Program-made: the position numbers and the translations under genes
The notes under the pieces: model-generated
Told to the model about the DNA's origin: nothing
The model's input: only the letters and a program-made list of their open reading frames with translations
Database searches by the model: none
Assembly: GCA_018064455.1 (NCBI GenBank)
Contig: JAGHVH010000029.1
Span: 4,683-68,682 of the forward strand
Direction: 5' to 3'
Source of the DNA: Candidatus Limimonas egerieequi
Lineage (GTDB): Bacteria; Bacillota; Clostridia; Oscillospirales; Acutalibacteraceae
DNA: 64,000 nt
Shown: piece by piece, positions 1-10,899 of the stretch
How the letters are laid out: every line of letters starts with the position of its first letter
Position numbering within the stretch: the first letter of the stretch is position 1

Positions 1-2131
1 CGCTTGGAGTATTCATCTTAAGATCGAGTTTCAACTCGTCCAAAGTGTCCTCATACTCACCAAATACTTGCTCTGTGAGCTCGTTTAAGTTGATTTCAAC
101 AAGATTTAAAGTAACGTTGCCACTTGATGCCTTTGAGGCCTCTACAAGGTCCTCAATGAGCTTTTTAAGTCTTGCTGATTTCTCATCAAGCACATTGATA
201 TATTCGCATGCTGTCGCATCCTCAATGTCACACTGCTTTAAGAGATCAGTATAAGTGATAATGCTTGTAAGTGGAGTCTTTAAATCATGCGACACGTTGG
301 TGATGAGTTCTGCCTTTGTACGCTCATTCTTGAGCGCATCCTCAATTGCAATATTGAGACCACTTGTTAGGTTGTTTACCTTCTCGCCCATTGGTATCAA
401 TGCCTCTGGCATTACACCGAGTGGGACCGAGAAGTCATAGTCACCTGACTCCGCCTTGGTAAGCGCTGATGCTATCGCATCAAGACCATTGGAAAGGCGC
501 TTAATATAAAGGAATGCTACAAGTGTAATGATGATAGCAAGGATTGTTGGAGTTGCAAAATTCATTGTGGCGAAATAAACAATAGCGCATACAAACATCA
601 AGAGAATATAAAGTGTGAATACAAGGAAAATTCTCTTCTTTATTTCACCATGAGTAATCTTTGAAATGCCAGCGTTAGCCCATGTCTTAATTGTTGGCCA
701 GTTCTTGACAATAAGTTTATAAATAATTGTATTTTTAAAGAACTGTTTGTTCATTGCTTGGCGTCTTACAGACATAAGCCACTCAATGAAGAACAAGTTT
801 GCAAAGATTGTTGCATAAGCAACAATTCTAGATGGCTTGAATATTGAATTCCATCCAATCGACTCCATATATACAACCATAGGAATTGTAGCTAATGCTA
901 CAACAAAAGCCGCTGACAATACAAAATGTATTGAATTTGGAAGTTTATCAAGTAAAGTAAGCTGTGGATTTGTGAAAACTATGAGGAGTACCAGCGTTAA
1001 AATCCACAATGCAAATTCGATTATGAGTGTCACAACATTGGTTGAAAGCTGATCAATCTGATCCATTTGCATATAGTAGAGGTCAGAATATACATCCTCA
1101 TATTTGCTAATATTCTCATCTGTCAAATTGACATGTACATAGCAATCAAAGCGCTCTGGATCCATTGTTCCAAAACAGTAGTCATAGTACTGATATGAAT
1201 CAGTAATATCAATCATATCTCCATAACCATTGACGTACCATGGCCAACCATCCTTACCCTCAAGCACATTACGAAGAGTTTGGCTTATTTTAAGATTGCC
1301 TCCAACCACCGATGCTGTGAAGTTTTTATCATCGTAGTGGCTAATAAGTTCAATTATATTTTTTGGTGCTGGCTCAATGTTGGTATACACTTCTCCTGTG
1401 TTTTTATCAAGGAAGTAGTACTGATAGTTTTTGAGGTTTGCAAGATAGTTTTCTTGCTGCTCAAAATCAGCCGCGAACGATGCACGGCGTGCCTTGATTT
1501 CCTCTTCGCAAAGCTTTGCGTTTTCGCTTCTTATAGCATCATAGTCCACATCAGTATAGCCTTGAAGTATTGGAAATCCCTTATAAAAGTACTTACCATC
1601 ACTATCTTTATAAAGTCCAGTTACACTATTGCCATAGCCAAAATCTATACTTCTGCTATCAGCATCAATCTGTTGATCGGAAGAAAAATGAATGATTATT
1701 TTATCACTCTCTGATGTTGGAAGATATGGATAGTAATACTCCTCTATGTTGTAATCATATTCGTAGTGACCCTCTACAAAATTAATTTCTCTCCATACTA
1801 TGTTGAAGTTTGCAATACTATCATATCTTGCCTTTATATTCTTCTCTGTTTTGATAAAAGCTGAGCCATCTTGGACCTTGGTTTTGTCACCATAGGTTGA
1901 GATAAATTTGCGCACCTTACCTGTATCTGAACGAATCTGTTTTGCAAAAGCAGAGTTGCAGTTGCCAAGAGGAGTACTTGCAGCCTTTAAAGAATAAATA
2001 CCATTTAAATTATAGTTGTTTTCATAAAATTCATAGAGACTCTGTCCTGTGAAATAGCATTCTGCAAAAAGTATACAGGATAGTATTATAAGTATTATTT
2101 TTAAGAATTTACTACTTCGAATCCTTGTCAA
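1..2131 (-). CDS. sensor histidine kinase, partial (catalytic C-terminus runs off the window start)
   Basis: Absent from the ORF track because its stop lies outside the window. My minus-strand translation is open from ~2131 to position 1. It shows a hydrophobic N-terminus (KFLKIILIILLSCILFA), a long hydrophilic extracytoplasmic region, several TM helices, then the H-box ITNVSHDLKTPLTSIITY. The probable TTG start at 2131 overlaps the stop of the upstream response regulator. Confidence 0.8.
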   Translation of the reverse strand, partial: MTRIRSSKFLKIILIILSCILFAECYFTGQSLYEFYENNYNLNGIYSLKAASTPLGNCNSAFAKQIRSDTGKVRKFISTYGDKTKVQDGSAFIKTEKNIKARYDSIANFNIVWREINFVEGHYEYDYNIEEYYYPYLPTSESDKIIIHFSSDQQIDADSRSIDFGYGNSVTGLYKDSDGKYFYKGFPILQGYTDVDYDAIRSENAKLCEEEIKARRASFAADFEQQENYLANLKNYQYYFLDKNTGEVYTNIEPAPKNIIELISHYDDKNFTASVVGGNLKISQTLRNVLEGKDGWPWYVNGYGDMIDITDSYQYYDYCFGTMDPERFDCYVHVNLTDENISKYEDVYSDLYYMQMDQIDQLSTNVVTLIIEFALWILTLVLLIVFTNPQLTLLDKLPNSIHFVLSAAFVVALATIPMVVYMESIGWNSIFKPSRIVAYATIFANLFFIEWLMSVRRQAMNKQFFKNTIIYKLIVKNWPTIKTWANAGISKITHGEIKKRIFLVFTLYILLMFVCAIVYFATMNFATPTILAIIITLVAFLYIKRLSNGLDAIASALTKAESGDYDFSVPLGVMPEALIPMGEKVNNLTSGLNIAIEDALKNERTKAELITNVSHDLKTPLTSIITYTDLLKQCDIEDATACEYINVLDEKSARLKKLIEDLVEASKASSGNVTLNLVEINLNELTEQVFGEYEDTLDELKLDLKMNTPS

Positions 2132-2807
2132 TTTTGTATCCAATGCCCCACACCACCTTTATGTACTTCGGATCTTTTGGGTTAATCTCAATTTTTTCTC
2201 TAATTCGGCGAATATGCACTGTTACAGTCTTTTCTGTAGCAAAAGCCTCTTCGTGCCACACTGCCTCATATATCTGATTTGTTGAAAGAACATGTCCCAT
2301 GTTCTCCATTAAATATTCGAGAATCTTGTACTCTGTTGCTGTTACCTTGATATCTTCGCCATCGACACTGACGGTCTTGGCCTCTGTATCAAGTACCAGT
2401 CCGCCACTCTTTAATATTGAATCACTTATCTCAAGGCTGCCAAGATTTGTGTATCGCCTAATCTGTGACTTTACTCGTGCAACAAGTTCAAGTGGATTGA
2501 ACGGCTTCGTCACATAGTCGTCTGCGCCAAAAGACAGTCCTGCTATCTTGTCTGTGTCCTCAGACTTGGCAGATAGCATGATGATTGGCACATTCTTGTT
2601 TTGACGAAGCTTGGTTGTTGCCGTAAGTCCATCCATACCTGGCATCATTATATCCATAATGATGCAGTGAAGTTCAGTATTCTCGGCAACAGCTAAAGCT
2701 TCCACGCCATTTGTTGCACGATATACTTTATATCCCTCATTGTTTAGGTATATTTCAATACTATCAAGGATGGCTTTGTCGTCATCGCAGACCAAAACAT
2801 TGTACAT
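2112..2807 (-). CDS. OmpR/PhoB-family response regulator (receiver + winged-helix DNA-binding domain)
   Basis: Receiver motifs are present (VLVCDDD, IIMDIMMPGMDG, MLSAK). The C-terminal winged-helix end reads TVHIRRIREKIE...IKVVWGIGYK. Confidence 0.9.
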   Translation of the reverse strand: MYNVLVCDDDKAILDSIEIYLNNEGYKVYRATNGVEALAVAENTELHCIIMDIMMPGMDGLTATTKLRQNKNVPIIMLSAKSEDTDKIAGLSFGADDYVTKPFNPLELVARVKSQIRRYTNLGSLEISDSILKSGGLVLDTEAKTVSVDGEDIKVTATEYKILEYLMENMGHVLSTNQIYEAVWHEEAFATEKTVTVHIRRIREKIEINPKDPKYIKVVWGIGYKIDKDSK

Positions 2808-2884
2808 TGTGATTCCCCCATTTCATTCTCTGATACATATATTAAAATGTAATGAAGTTACAAAAGATACTAGTAATAATTACA

Positions 2885-2921
2885 AAAAAGTTAAAAAAGC
2901 CCCAGCGACGCTGGGGCTTTA
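2885..2921 (-). terminator. rho-independent terminator after rpoD
   Basis: GC-rich hairpin aagccccagcg/cgctggggctt, followed on the minus strand by a T-run. Confidence 0.6.
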
Positions 2922-2924
2922 GAA

Positions 2925-4022
2925 TTAGTCAAGGAAGTCCTTGAGTTTCTTGGAACGTGAAGGATGACGAAGTTTACGGAGTGCCTTCGCCTCAATCTGA
3001 CGAATACGCTCACGAGTAACGTTAAACTCCTTACCAACTTCTTCAAGTGTTCTTGGATGTCCATCCTCAAGACCAAAGCGAAGAGAAAGAACCTTTTCTT
3101 CTCTTGGAGTGAGTGTCTTGAGTACCTCAGCAAGCTGCTCCTTGAGGAGTAACATTGACGCAGCATCAGCTGGTGCTAATGCATCATCATCTGGGATAAA
3201 GTCACCAAGATGTGAATCTTCCTCTTCACCGATAGGTGTTTCAAGAGAAACTGGTTCCTGAGCTACGCGAAGGATTTCACGTACCTTTTCAACAGGCATA
3301 TCAAGTTCCTTGGCAATCTCTTCAGCCGTTGGATCACGACCGTTCTTGTGAAGAAGGATAGAGTTTGTCTTCTTAACCTTGTTGATAGTCTCAACCATGT
3401 GAACTGGGATACGGATTGTTCTTGCCTGGTCAGCAATGGCACGTGTGATTGCCTGGCGAATCCACCATGTTGCATATGTTGAGAACTTAAAGCCCTTTGT
3501 AAAGTCAAACTTGTCTACTGCCTTGATGAGGCCAAGGTTACCCTCTTGGATAAGGTCAAGGAAAGACATTCCACGACCAACGTATCTCTTTGCAATAGAT
3601 ACAACAAGACGAAGGTTTGACTCAGCAAGCTTTTTCTTTGCTTCCTCATCGCCCTCAGATATACGGATAGCAAGGTCGATTTCCTCCTCTGGTGTAAGAA
3701 GTGGAACTCTACCAATTTCCTTTAAATATACCTTAACGGGGTCATCCATTGCTGCATTCTTGTTTGCATTATCAACTGCACCAAGCTCAACAGCCTTTGG
3801 CATTTCAAGATCGAAATTGAGGGATTCGAGAGCGGCATCGCCAAGGTCATCGATAATCTCGATGCTGTTCTGCTCGAGAGTTTCGTAGAGCCTGTCGAGC
3901 TCATCCATATCCATATCAATTTCGACAATTGCGGCATCAATGTCATTTGTTGACAATCTGCCCTGTGCTTTGCCCTTTTCTACAAGGGCAGAAATGACAT
4001 TGCTCTTTTTTTCTTCTGCCAT
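2925..4022 (-). CDS. rpoD: primary RNA polymerase sigma factor (sigma-70/SigA)
   Basis: Contains regions 1.2 to 4. Motifs include [60 protein letters not shown] and [20 protein letters not shown]. Sits in the classical dnaG-rpoD arrangement. Confidence 0.95.
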   Translation of the reverse strand: MAEEKKSNVISALVEKGKAQGRLSTNDIDAAIVEIDMDMDELDRLYETLEQNSIEIIDDLGDAALESLNFDLEMPKAVELGAVDNANKNAAMDDPVKVYLKEIGRVPLLTPEEEIDLAIRISEGDEEAKKKLAESNLRLVVSIAKRYVGRGMSFLDLIQEGNLGLIKAVDKFDFTKGFKFSTYATWWIRQAITRAIADQARTIRIPVHMVETINKVKKTNSILLHKNGRDPTAEEIAKELDMPVEKVREILRVAQEPVSLETPIGEEEDSHLGDFIPDDDALAPADAASMLLLKEQLAEVLKTLTPREEKVLSLRFGLEDGHPRTLEEVGKEFNVTRERIRQIEAKALRKLRHPSRSKKLKDFLD

Positions 4023-4024
4023 AT

Positions 4025-5791
4025 TTACTCTCCTCTTTTATCTTTGAAAAGCTTCAAGAATTCTTCATCACTAAGGGAAGCAGGATTAATCTTATCAACC
4101 TTTTTCTTTTCGTTTTCCTCTTTGAGGACATTGATGCAATCCTGCACTTCTCTAAATGTGTTTGAAATAAGGTCACCACTATTTTGTAGTTTTACTAGGC
4201 GACCCATCTCCTCTGGGGAGAACTCGGATGAAAGATAAATAAAGTCAATCGATTGACCGGAACCTATCCTATCACGTAGCACTTCATACGCGTGCCTATA
4301 AAAATCACTTAAAAAGTCGTCCGGTGTCAATTGCTCCTCTATTTTCTTTAAGAAATCCGGGTTACTTTGAAGGGAAGCAATTATTGCCTCCTCTGCCTTG
4401 TGAGCCCTTATTCCAAAATCATTTCTTGTAGATGTCTTGTCCTTATACTCATTAAAAGACTTATCAAGGCTACCATAATCTGCGCGACGCCTATTGCGAT
4501 TTAATCGCTTCTCTGCATCGACAACTTGAGCCATGATGGCATCACGGGAAACAGACAGTTCCTCTGACAGACGAGATATATAAACGTCCTTCTCAATTGC
4601 ACCCAGTGGTGCGAGTACTGGTACCGCCAGTCGTAAGTACTTTATACGTCCGTCATCAGTAGTAAGGTCTAGTCCCTCTCTACAAGTAAGAAGCTTATAT
4701 TCAATTTCGTTCATAGCGCCTGAAAGAATTGACTTCCAACGCTCTGGACCAAATTTTTTGATAATTTCATCAGGGTCTTTGCCTTCGCTATACTTAAGCG
4801 GATGGATGTTGAGATTGGTCTCAGAAAGCTTATCTATAGCGCTTCTTAAGGCTTTTTGACCCGCCTCGTCGCTGTCGTATGAGAGGTAGACTTTGGAGCA
4901 GTAATGCGAAATAAGTCGTACCTGCTCAGGAGTTAGAGCAGTGCCGAGGCCAGCGACAGCGTTTGTAAAGCCTGCTTGATGAAGCGCGATAACATCCATA
5001 TAGCCCTCGCAGAGTATCAAGCTGTCCTCGCCAGAGGACTTGGCAAAATTGAGGGCAAAAATATTGTTACCCTTTTTGTATATTAGCGTGTCACTAGTGT
5101 TTAAATACTTTGGCTTTGAGTCATCAAGAACTCGTCCACCAAAGGCAATAATATTGCCACGAAGGTCAATAATAGGGGTCATCACCCTATTCCTAAAGAA
5201 AGGATAAAATCCTTTCTCACTCTTGCGCACCAAATCCCCTTCGTAAAGCTCTTGCGCAGAGTATCCTTTGGAACGCATGTAATTTATGAATGTGTTCCAA
5301 TCATTTGGGGCATAGCCAAGGCCAAAATGCTTGATTGTCTGTGGTGTGAGACCACGACCAAGCCAATAGTTAAGGCCTACTTCGCCCTCTTTACTTGTCA
5401 TATATTGATAAAAGAAACGCGCTGCTTCCTTGTTCATCTCAAGCATGCGCTTTTTCTTCTTAATAATCGTGTCATCATACTGCTCATTTGGCATTTGAAG
5501 ACCGGCCTTGTCAGCAAGCATCTTGACTGCCTCGATATAATCGAGGTTTTCGATGTCGCGGATAAAGGTGATGGCGTCACCGCCCTTGGTACAGCCAAAG
5601 CAGTAATAGGACTGACTCTCTGGATAGACAACAAATGAAGGTGTCTTTTCACTGTGGAATGGGCAGAGACCTTTTGTGAGCCTACCAGCGCGCTTTAAAT
5701 CAACATATTCACCTATTAAATCTTCGATGTCGATACGGTCACGAAGTTGCTCTAAGAATTGGTCATTAAACCTTGTTGCCACAGTGTTCAC
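4025..5791 (-). CDS. dnaG: DNA primase
   Basis: Zinc-ribbon [11 protein letters not shown]...CFGC, a TOPRIM region ([27 protein letters not shown]) and a C-terminal DnaB-interaction-like region. Located immediately upstream of rpoD. Confidence 0.95.
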   Translation of the reverse strand: MNTVATRFNDQFLEQLRDRIDIEDLIGEYVDLKRAGRLTKGLCPFHSEKTPSFVVYPESQSYYCFGCTKGGDAITFIRDIENLDYIEAVKMLADKAGLQMPNEQYDDTIIKKKKRMLEMNKEAARFFYQYMTSKEGEVGLNYWLGRGLTPQTIKHFGLGYAPNDWNTFINYMRSKGYSAQELYEGDLVRKSEKGFYPFFRNRVMTPIIDLRGNIIAFGGRVLDDSKPKYLNTSDTLIYKKGNNIFALNFAKSSGEDSLILCEGYMDVIALHQAGFTNAVAGLGTALTPEQVRLISHYCSKVYLSYDSDEAGQKALRSAIDKLSETNLNIHPLKYSEGKDPDEIIKKFGPERWKSILSGAMNEIEYKLLTCREGLDLTTDDGRIKYLRLAVPVLAPLGAIEKDVYISRLSEELSVSRDAIMAQVVDAEKRLNRNRRRADYGSLDKSFNEYKDKTSTRNDFGIRAHKAEEAIIASLQSNPDFLKKIEEQLTPDDFLSDFYRHAYEVLRDRIGSGQSIDFIYLSSEFSPEEMGRLVKLQNSGDLISNTFREVQDCINVLKEENEKKKVDKINPASLSDEEFLKLFKDKRGE

Positions 5792-5794
5792 CTC

Positions 5795-6793
5795 CTAGTC
5801 AACCCAGAAGCGTGGAACGAATAAGCTGTTGTACATTGAAAGGGCGTAATGATCACTCATACCACTGATGTAATCACATGCGGCACGCTCAATATTCTCA
5901 TTTGCCGCTACTGCCCTGTACTCGTCAGTCATTTCTTCTGGATGTTCTTTGAAATAGTTATAGAGTTTCGTTACGATGTCCATTGCTTTGCCTTCTTCGC
6001 CCTTACAGATAGGGTTTGTGTAGACATTTTTAAACATGAACTCGTGAATCTCGTTATATGCTTCCTCAATGTCTGGTGCCATCTTGATCTCCTCATCGGA
6101 GTTTTCAATTATCGACAGTACCATCGTATTGATACGCTGTGCCTTGCGATATCCAAGGACATCACGAAGGTGCTTTGGAATGTCATCCTCTGTGATAATG
6201 CCTGCCCGCTCCGCATCATCAATATCGTGATTGATGTATGCGATATGGTCAGCGTACTTTACTATTCTACCCTCAAGAGTGTCCGATTCTTTGCCCTCCG
6301 TGTGACAGCGGATGCCGTCACGTACCTCATATGTGAGGTTGAGGCCTCGGCCGCTCTTCTCGAGGACGTCTACAACACGGAGGCTCTGCTCATAGTGCTT
6401 GAATCCACCTGGATACACCGCATTCAAGGCACGCTCACCAGCGTGACCAAATGGCGTGTGTCCAAGGTCGTGACCTAGAGCTATCGCCTCGGTTAAGTCC
6501 TCGTTAAGGCGGAGGCCGCGGGCCATCGTACGTGCTATTTGAGATACCTCAAGGGTATGTGTAAGTCTTGTCCTATAGTGGTCACCTGTTGGAGCCAAAA
6601 AGACTTGTGTCTTGTGCTTGAGTCTTCTGAATGAACTTGAATGGATAATCCTATCCCTATCGCGTTGGTACGCGGTACGAATTTCATCTTCCTCTTCTTC
6701 TATCTCCCTGCCCTTTGTGTTTACAACGTGCATAGCTCGTGGAGAGAGAGTCAAGTCCTCTATTCGCTCTGTCTCTTCTCTAATAGTTCCCAT
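5795..6793 (-). CDS. dGTPase-like HD-domain triphosphohydrolase
   Basis: Motifs FRRLKHKTQVF, RLTHTLEVSQIAR, GHDLGHTPFGHAGE and HDIDDA are typical of the Dgt/HD superfamily. Confidence 0.85.
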   Translation of the reverse strand: MGTIREETERIEDLTLSPRAMHVVNTKGREIEEEEDEIRTAYQRDRDRIIHSSSFRRLKHKTQVFLAPTGDHYRTRLTHTLEVSQIARTMARGLRLNEDLTEAIALGHDLGHTPFGHAGERALNAVYPGGFKHYEQSLRVVDVLEKSGRGLNLTYEVRDGIRCHTEGKESDTLEGRIVKYADHIAYINHDIDDAERAGIITEDDIPKHLRDVLGYRKAQRINTMVLSIIENSDEEIKMAPDIEEAYNEIHEFMFKNVYTNPICKGEEGKAMDIVTKLYNYFKEHPEEMTDEYRAVAANENIERAACDYISGMSDHYALSMYNSLFVPRFWVD

Positions 6794-6802
6794 AGACTTA
6801 CC

Positions 6803-8038
6803 TCAGTCATTTTTCTCCTTGCGAAGAATTGCCCCTGCTTTTATATTCTTGTCGCACTTAATCCTGATAGTTGCCATTGGATTTGGTGCAACATCAATAC
6901 TTTCACCTTTTTCATTGAGCATCTCTGTTACTTTAATCGTGTATGGCTCTGTTTGTGGTTCAAGCACCTCAAGCTCATCACCGACAAAGAAACGGTTGCG
7001 TTGGATAACGTCTACGAACTCCCCATCAGAGCCAAGTACGTTCGCAATGATGTCCCACTCACGGATATATATGCCATCGTAATATACGTGTGCATTCTCA
7101 TTTGGATTGTTGAAATAGAAACCTGTGCAATAGTCCCTATAGCTTATCTTGCGCATCTCATCAATAATCCACTGTGATGGTCTAAAGTCCATAGATGGAT
7201 TTTTAAGATACTCGTCAATTGCTGCCCTGTATGCATTTGTAACTGCAGCAGCATAATAAGCTGACTTAGCGCGTCCTTCAATTTTGAAACTGTCAACGCC
7301 AGCAGCGACAAGCTCTGGGATATGCTCTATCATACACATATCCTGTGAGTTCAAAATATATGTACCGTCACTGCTGTCAGTAATTTCAAAGAACTGACCA
7401 GGACGCTTTTCCTCAACTAGGTGGTACTTCCAACGGCATGGCTGTGCACAGTCGCCCCTATTTGCATCCCTACCAGTCAAATAGTTTGAGAGCATACAAC
7501 GTCCCGAGAAAGACATACACATTGCACCGTGAACAAAGCACTCTATCTCCAAATCAGATGGTGTCTTTGCGCGAATCTCTGCTATGTCATCAAGACATAC
7601 TTCACGCGCCATAACGATACGTTTGGCGCCCATGTCATAGAGAACGTTGGCGGTCTCGTAGTTTACAACGCCTGTCTGTGTTGACATGTGGATGTCGATG
7701 CCAGGCGCATATTTTTGCGCCATACGCATTACGCCGACATCCGCAATGATAAAGGCGTCGACGCCAGCGTCTGCTGCCACCTCAAAGAAGTGAGGTAAAG
7801 ATTCTACCTCACTGTTGCGTGGCAATGTATTTGCAACAAGGTGGACAGCCGTGCCATTTTTATGGCACTTGTCCACTGCCTGTTTCAATGTCACATCATC
7901 AAAGCTCTCCGTTGCCGCACGCATGTTAAAGAGCTGACCGCCAAGATATACCGCATCAGCGCCATACATAAGCGCTGCGTCAAGGCGTTCAGCATCACCT
8001 GCTGGTGCAAGGAGCTCTGGTTTCTTACTTATCTTCAT
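6803..8038 (-). CDS. peptidase U32 family protein
   Basis: N-terminus KPELLAPAGD...AALMYGADAVYLG, the E.FVHGAMCMSFSGRC Cys motif and FKIEGR are U32 (collagenase-like) hallmarks. Confidence 0.85.
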   Translation of the reverse strand: MKISKKPELLAPAGDAERLDAALMYGADAVYLGGQLFNMRAATESFDDVTLKQAVDKCHKNGTAVHLVANTLPRNSEVESLPHFFEVAADAGVDAFIIADVGVMRMAQKYAPGIDIHMSTQTGVVNYETANVLYDMGAKRIVMAREVCLDDIAEIRAKTPSDLEIECFVHGAMCMSFSGRCMLSNYLTGRDANRGDCAQPCRWKYHLVEEKRPGQFFEITDSSDGTYILNSQDMCMIEHIPELVAAGVDSFKIEGRAKSAYYAAAVTNAYRAAIDEYLKNPSMDFRPSQWIIDEMRKISYRDYCTGFYFNNPNENAHVYYDGIYIREWDIIANVLGSDGEFVDVIQRNRFFVGDELEVLEPQTEPYTIKVTEMLNEKGESIDVAPNPMATIRIKCDKNIKAGAILRKEKND

Positions 8039-9443
8039 CTTCTACTCCTGCTACTGCATTATACATGAGTCTGTTACGCTCAGCCTCTGTCTTTGCTGCA
8101 TACATCTTGCCAGCAGAATCATGGCCAAAGAAGTAGTACTCTGTTTCAGCTGGGTTAAGAACTGCCTTGATAGCATCGTCACCTGGGCAGCAGATTGGAC
8201 CTGCTGGAAGTCCGATACACTTGTATGTATCGTACTTTGCTGCAAATACATCAGCCTCACCGGATGTTACGTTTGGCTTGATGAATTTTGCAACATATAC
8301 AGTTGTTGCATCTGACTGGAGGCAACGGAATGAAGATGACTTAAGACGGTTGTTGAATACAGATGCAATGATTGGCATCTGCTCAGCGTCGCCTGCCTCC
8401 TTTTGAATGATTGAAGCAAGTGTGATAACTTCGTCTACTGACATGCCAAGTTCCTTAGCACGCTTTGCATAGTCATCAGTCCACTTCTCATCAAAGTTCT
8501 CAAGGAGTCTCCTAATTACTGAACTTGCGCTCTGTCCTACGTAGAACTCGTATGTATCAGGGTAGAGGTAACCCTCAAGATAGTTGTATCTTGCAGACCT
8601 ATTTTCAATTGACTTGACGAAGTCAAAGTCAAGGACAGCACTCTCTAAGTTCTTGTAGAAGTCACCCTTGGTACAAACCTGTGCCTTCTCGAGTTTAAGT
8701 GCTATCTGGTCAACGTTAAGTCCCTCTGGGATTGTTACCATTACAGTATCAGCCTTTTGTACTTCCTTACATGAGAGGAGCATCTTTTCAAGACCCATAG
8801 AAGGTGTCAAATCGAATGAACCACTAAGGTATGCTGCTTTACCAGCGCTACCGTGAAGATCACCAGTGAGTGACATAAACATCTTGCAAAGATACTTATG
8901 TTTGATAAGGCCCTGCTTCTTAAACTGGCTTATCAATTTACTTGTTGTAGCGTTCTCTGAGACAGTAACAGTAACCACCTCATCGCTTCTGTTAAAGGCC
9001 AATATATCGTTTACGAAAGACATTGAATAAACTGAAAGAATCACGGAAATAGCTACAAGGACACCGACGTAGATAAGTGCACCCTTGGTACCATTTGCAC
9101 GTAAGAATTCCTGAAGGCCAGCACCATTTACGCCCTTTAAGGTAGTTTTACGCTTTCTTGCGGCAGCACCAGTCTTGCGCCTTGGTCTTGTTGGGCTCAC
9201 TGGAGCCTTTGGTTCACGGCTCACTGGTGGCTCTGCTGGGCGCGCAGGTTTTCTAGCGGCAAAGTAAACCTCGCCACTGTAATATTCCTCATCATTCTTT
9301 TTTTGAACAGCCGGTGCACTCTGCACTGGCTGCTGTGGAGTATCGAAGTTCACGAAATGTGCCTCCTGTGCTCCATCATCGTCACTCGAAGATTTAATGT
9401 TAGCCATTAAGGCTTCAAGTTCTTTGTCTACGTCGTATGCCAT
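8025..9443 (-). CDS. mltG: endolytic murein transglycosylase MltG (YceG-like), with a long disordered N-terminal region
   Basis: One TM helix (LIYVGVLVAISVILSVY), then a YceG-like domain (IPEGLNVDQIA, EGYLYPDTYEF, ASIIQKEA, NRL..., LPAGPICCPG). Confidence 0.85.
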   Translation of the reverse strand: MAYDVDKELEALMANIKSSSDDDGAQEAHFVNFDTPQQPVQSAPAVQKKNDEEYYSGEVYFAARKPARPAEPPVSREPKAPVSPTRPRRKTGAAARKRKTTLKGVNGAGLQEFLRANGTKGALIYVGVLVAISVILSVYSMSFVNDILAFNRSDEVVTVTVSENATTSKLISQFKKQGLIKHKYLCKMFMSLTGDLHGSAGKAAYLSGSFDLTPSMGLEKMLLSCKEVQKADTVMVTIPEGLNVDQIALKLEKAQVCTKGDFYKNLESAVLDFDFVKSIENRSARYNYLEGYLYPDTYEFYVGQSASSVIRRLLENFDEKWTDDYAKRAKELGMSVDEVITLASIIQKEAGDAEQMPIIASVFNNRLKSSSFRCLQSDATTVYVAKFIKPNVTSGEADVFAAKYDTYKCIGLPAGPICCPGDDAIKAVLNPAETEYYFFGHDSAGKMYAAKTEAERNRLMYNAVAGVEDEDK

Positions 9444-9461
9444 TTCTTAAAATGTCCTCCG

Positions 9462-10013
9462 TTAATATCTACATTGCATAGAGTCTGTGACTCTCTTTGC
9501 GGCATCAATGCCAACAAACTGCGCAGCGATTGCTTCGCCAAATTTCATAGCAGCGCCAGGACCGTCGGCAGTGATAATTTTGCCATCTACTGTGACCTCC
9601 GCACCAGTAAATACTGCTGCATGGAGTTCACGCTCAAAACCTGGGAAGCAAGTTGCTTTCTTGCCCTTTAAAAGTCCCAAATGTCCGAGCACAGATGGCG
9701 CTGCGCAGATAGCGCAGATTAATCTATCGTTATCAAAACAATACTTAATTGCTTGACGCACATCTTCGTTTGCGTCCAAGTTGCGTGTTCCAGGCATTCC
9801 ACCTGGAAGGATAACTGCATCTATATCGTCATAGTTTATGTCAACAAGTGAGATGTCTGCTGTAATGTCAATGCCATGGGCACCAGTTACAGTTTTATCC
9901 GACGAATCCACTACGGCAACAGTTGATACCTCAACGCCAGAACGACGAAGGATGTCGACTGGAGTAATAGCTTCTACTTCTTCAAAACCATTTGCCAAAA
10001 ACAGATAAACCAT
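9462..10013 (-). CDS. DJ-1/PfpI (ThiJ) family protein
   Basis: FEEVEAITPVDILRR, DAVILPGG and the nucleophile elbow AICAAPSVL. Confidence 0.8.
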   Translation of the reverse strand: MVYLFLANGFEEVEAITPVDILRRSGVEVSTVAVVDSSDKTVTGAHGIDITADISLVDINYDDIDAVILPGGMPGTRNLDANEDVRQAIKYCFDNDRLICAICAAPSVLGHLGLLKGKKATCFPGFERELHAAVFTGAEVTVDGKIITADGPGAAMKFGEAIAAQFVGIDAAKRVTDSMQCRY

Positions 10014-10023
10014 GTTGTCCTCC

Positions 10024-10887
10024 TTAGCTGAGTGTCAAACCGATATATGCGTTTCTCATTTCACGAAGTCCCATCTGAGCATTCTCATTGAGTGCAAGGC
10101 ACATACCGACACGAACAATACGCTCATCTGGCGAGTGAATATTTGAGTTAACAGGAAGAATAAATGTGAAGCGTTCAGCCTCTTCTTCCAAAAGAAGCAT
10201 TGTATAGAGCTCACCTGGATCAGCCAATGTGCACATTTCCTTAACGTATACTACGTTCTTGCCCATGTTGTACATTGCATAGCCGTCGCTTGTAAATGCG
10301 ATAGAACCAGATGATGCGTTGTGAGCATACATTGCATACTTGATGCCTTCTGTGCCCCAGTTAATATAGTCACCGAAGCCCAAGCACTCTTGACGGATTG
10401 CAAGCAAATCAAGTGAGTATGCGTGTGTAAGATCAGGCTCAACTGCCTTGCCCTTGAGTTCCTCACGAGTGAAGTGAACAATCTTGTTGTAAAAAGCTAC
10501 TTGATAGCCAAACTTTGCATAATAGTTAAAGAGATAATCCTCAGCAGGTGCAACAACAATAAAATCAATGCCACGCTCAACTGCAACTTCCTCTGCCATC
10601 CTAAGGATGCCAGTCATATGGCCTTTGTTCCTGTGGCTTGGATGAGTTGTTGCAGCATAGAGATAATATGTGCTGTAAAGACGTCCATTGATAACAAGCT
10701 GACAAGGAAGCAAGAATGCACATGCTACTGCTATTCCCTCTTCGCGAGAGACGATTGCATAGCCATCCTTGTACATGGTATCAAGGAAAGTCTGAATATA
10801 CTCATCTGAATCAGCAAATGCCATACGCCACATTGCCATCAATTGTGGAAAGTCACCACTGTTTGCAAATTCTACTACGTGGTCCAT
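10024..10887 (-). CDS. GNAT-family acetyltransferase-like protein
   Basis: Acetyl-CoA binding-like stretch THPSHRNKGHMTGILRMAEE in an N-terminal GNAT-like fold. The C-terminal half is unassigned. Confidence 0.6.
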   Translation of the reverse strand: MDHVVEFANSGDFPQLMAMWRMAFADSDEYIQTFLDTMYKDGYAIVSREEGIAVACAFLLPCQLVINGRLYSTYYLYAATTHPSHRNKGHMTGILRMAEEVAVERGIDFIVVAPAEDYLFNYYAKFGYQVAFYNKIVHFTREELKGKAVEPDLTHAYSLDLLAIRQECLGFGDYINWGTEGIKYAMYAHNASSGSIAFTSDGYAMYNMGKNVVYVKEMCTLADPGELYTMLLLEEEAERFTFILPVNSNIHSPDERIVRVGMCLALNENAQMGLREMRNAYIGLTLS

Positions 10888-10899
10888 AATGCACCCCCA

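Noticed and set aside
5849-6478. A 209-aa plus-strand ORF antisense to the dgt-like gene. Similar long antisense ORFs occur at 44569-45243, 12594-12980, 15450-15854, 33337-33738 and 1280-1714.
   Set aside because: Each lies entirely inside a well-supported gene on the other strand. They have odd, low-complexity or Cys/Ser/Leu-rich composition, no RBS context and no recognisable motifs. These are typical shadow ORFs.
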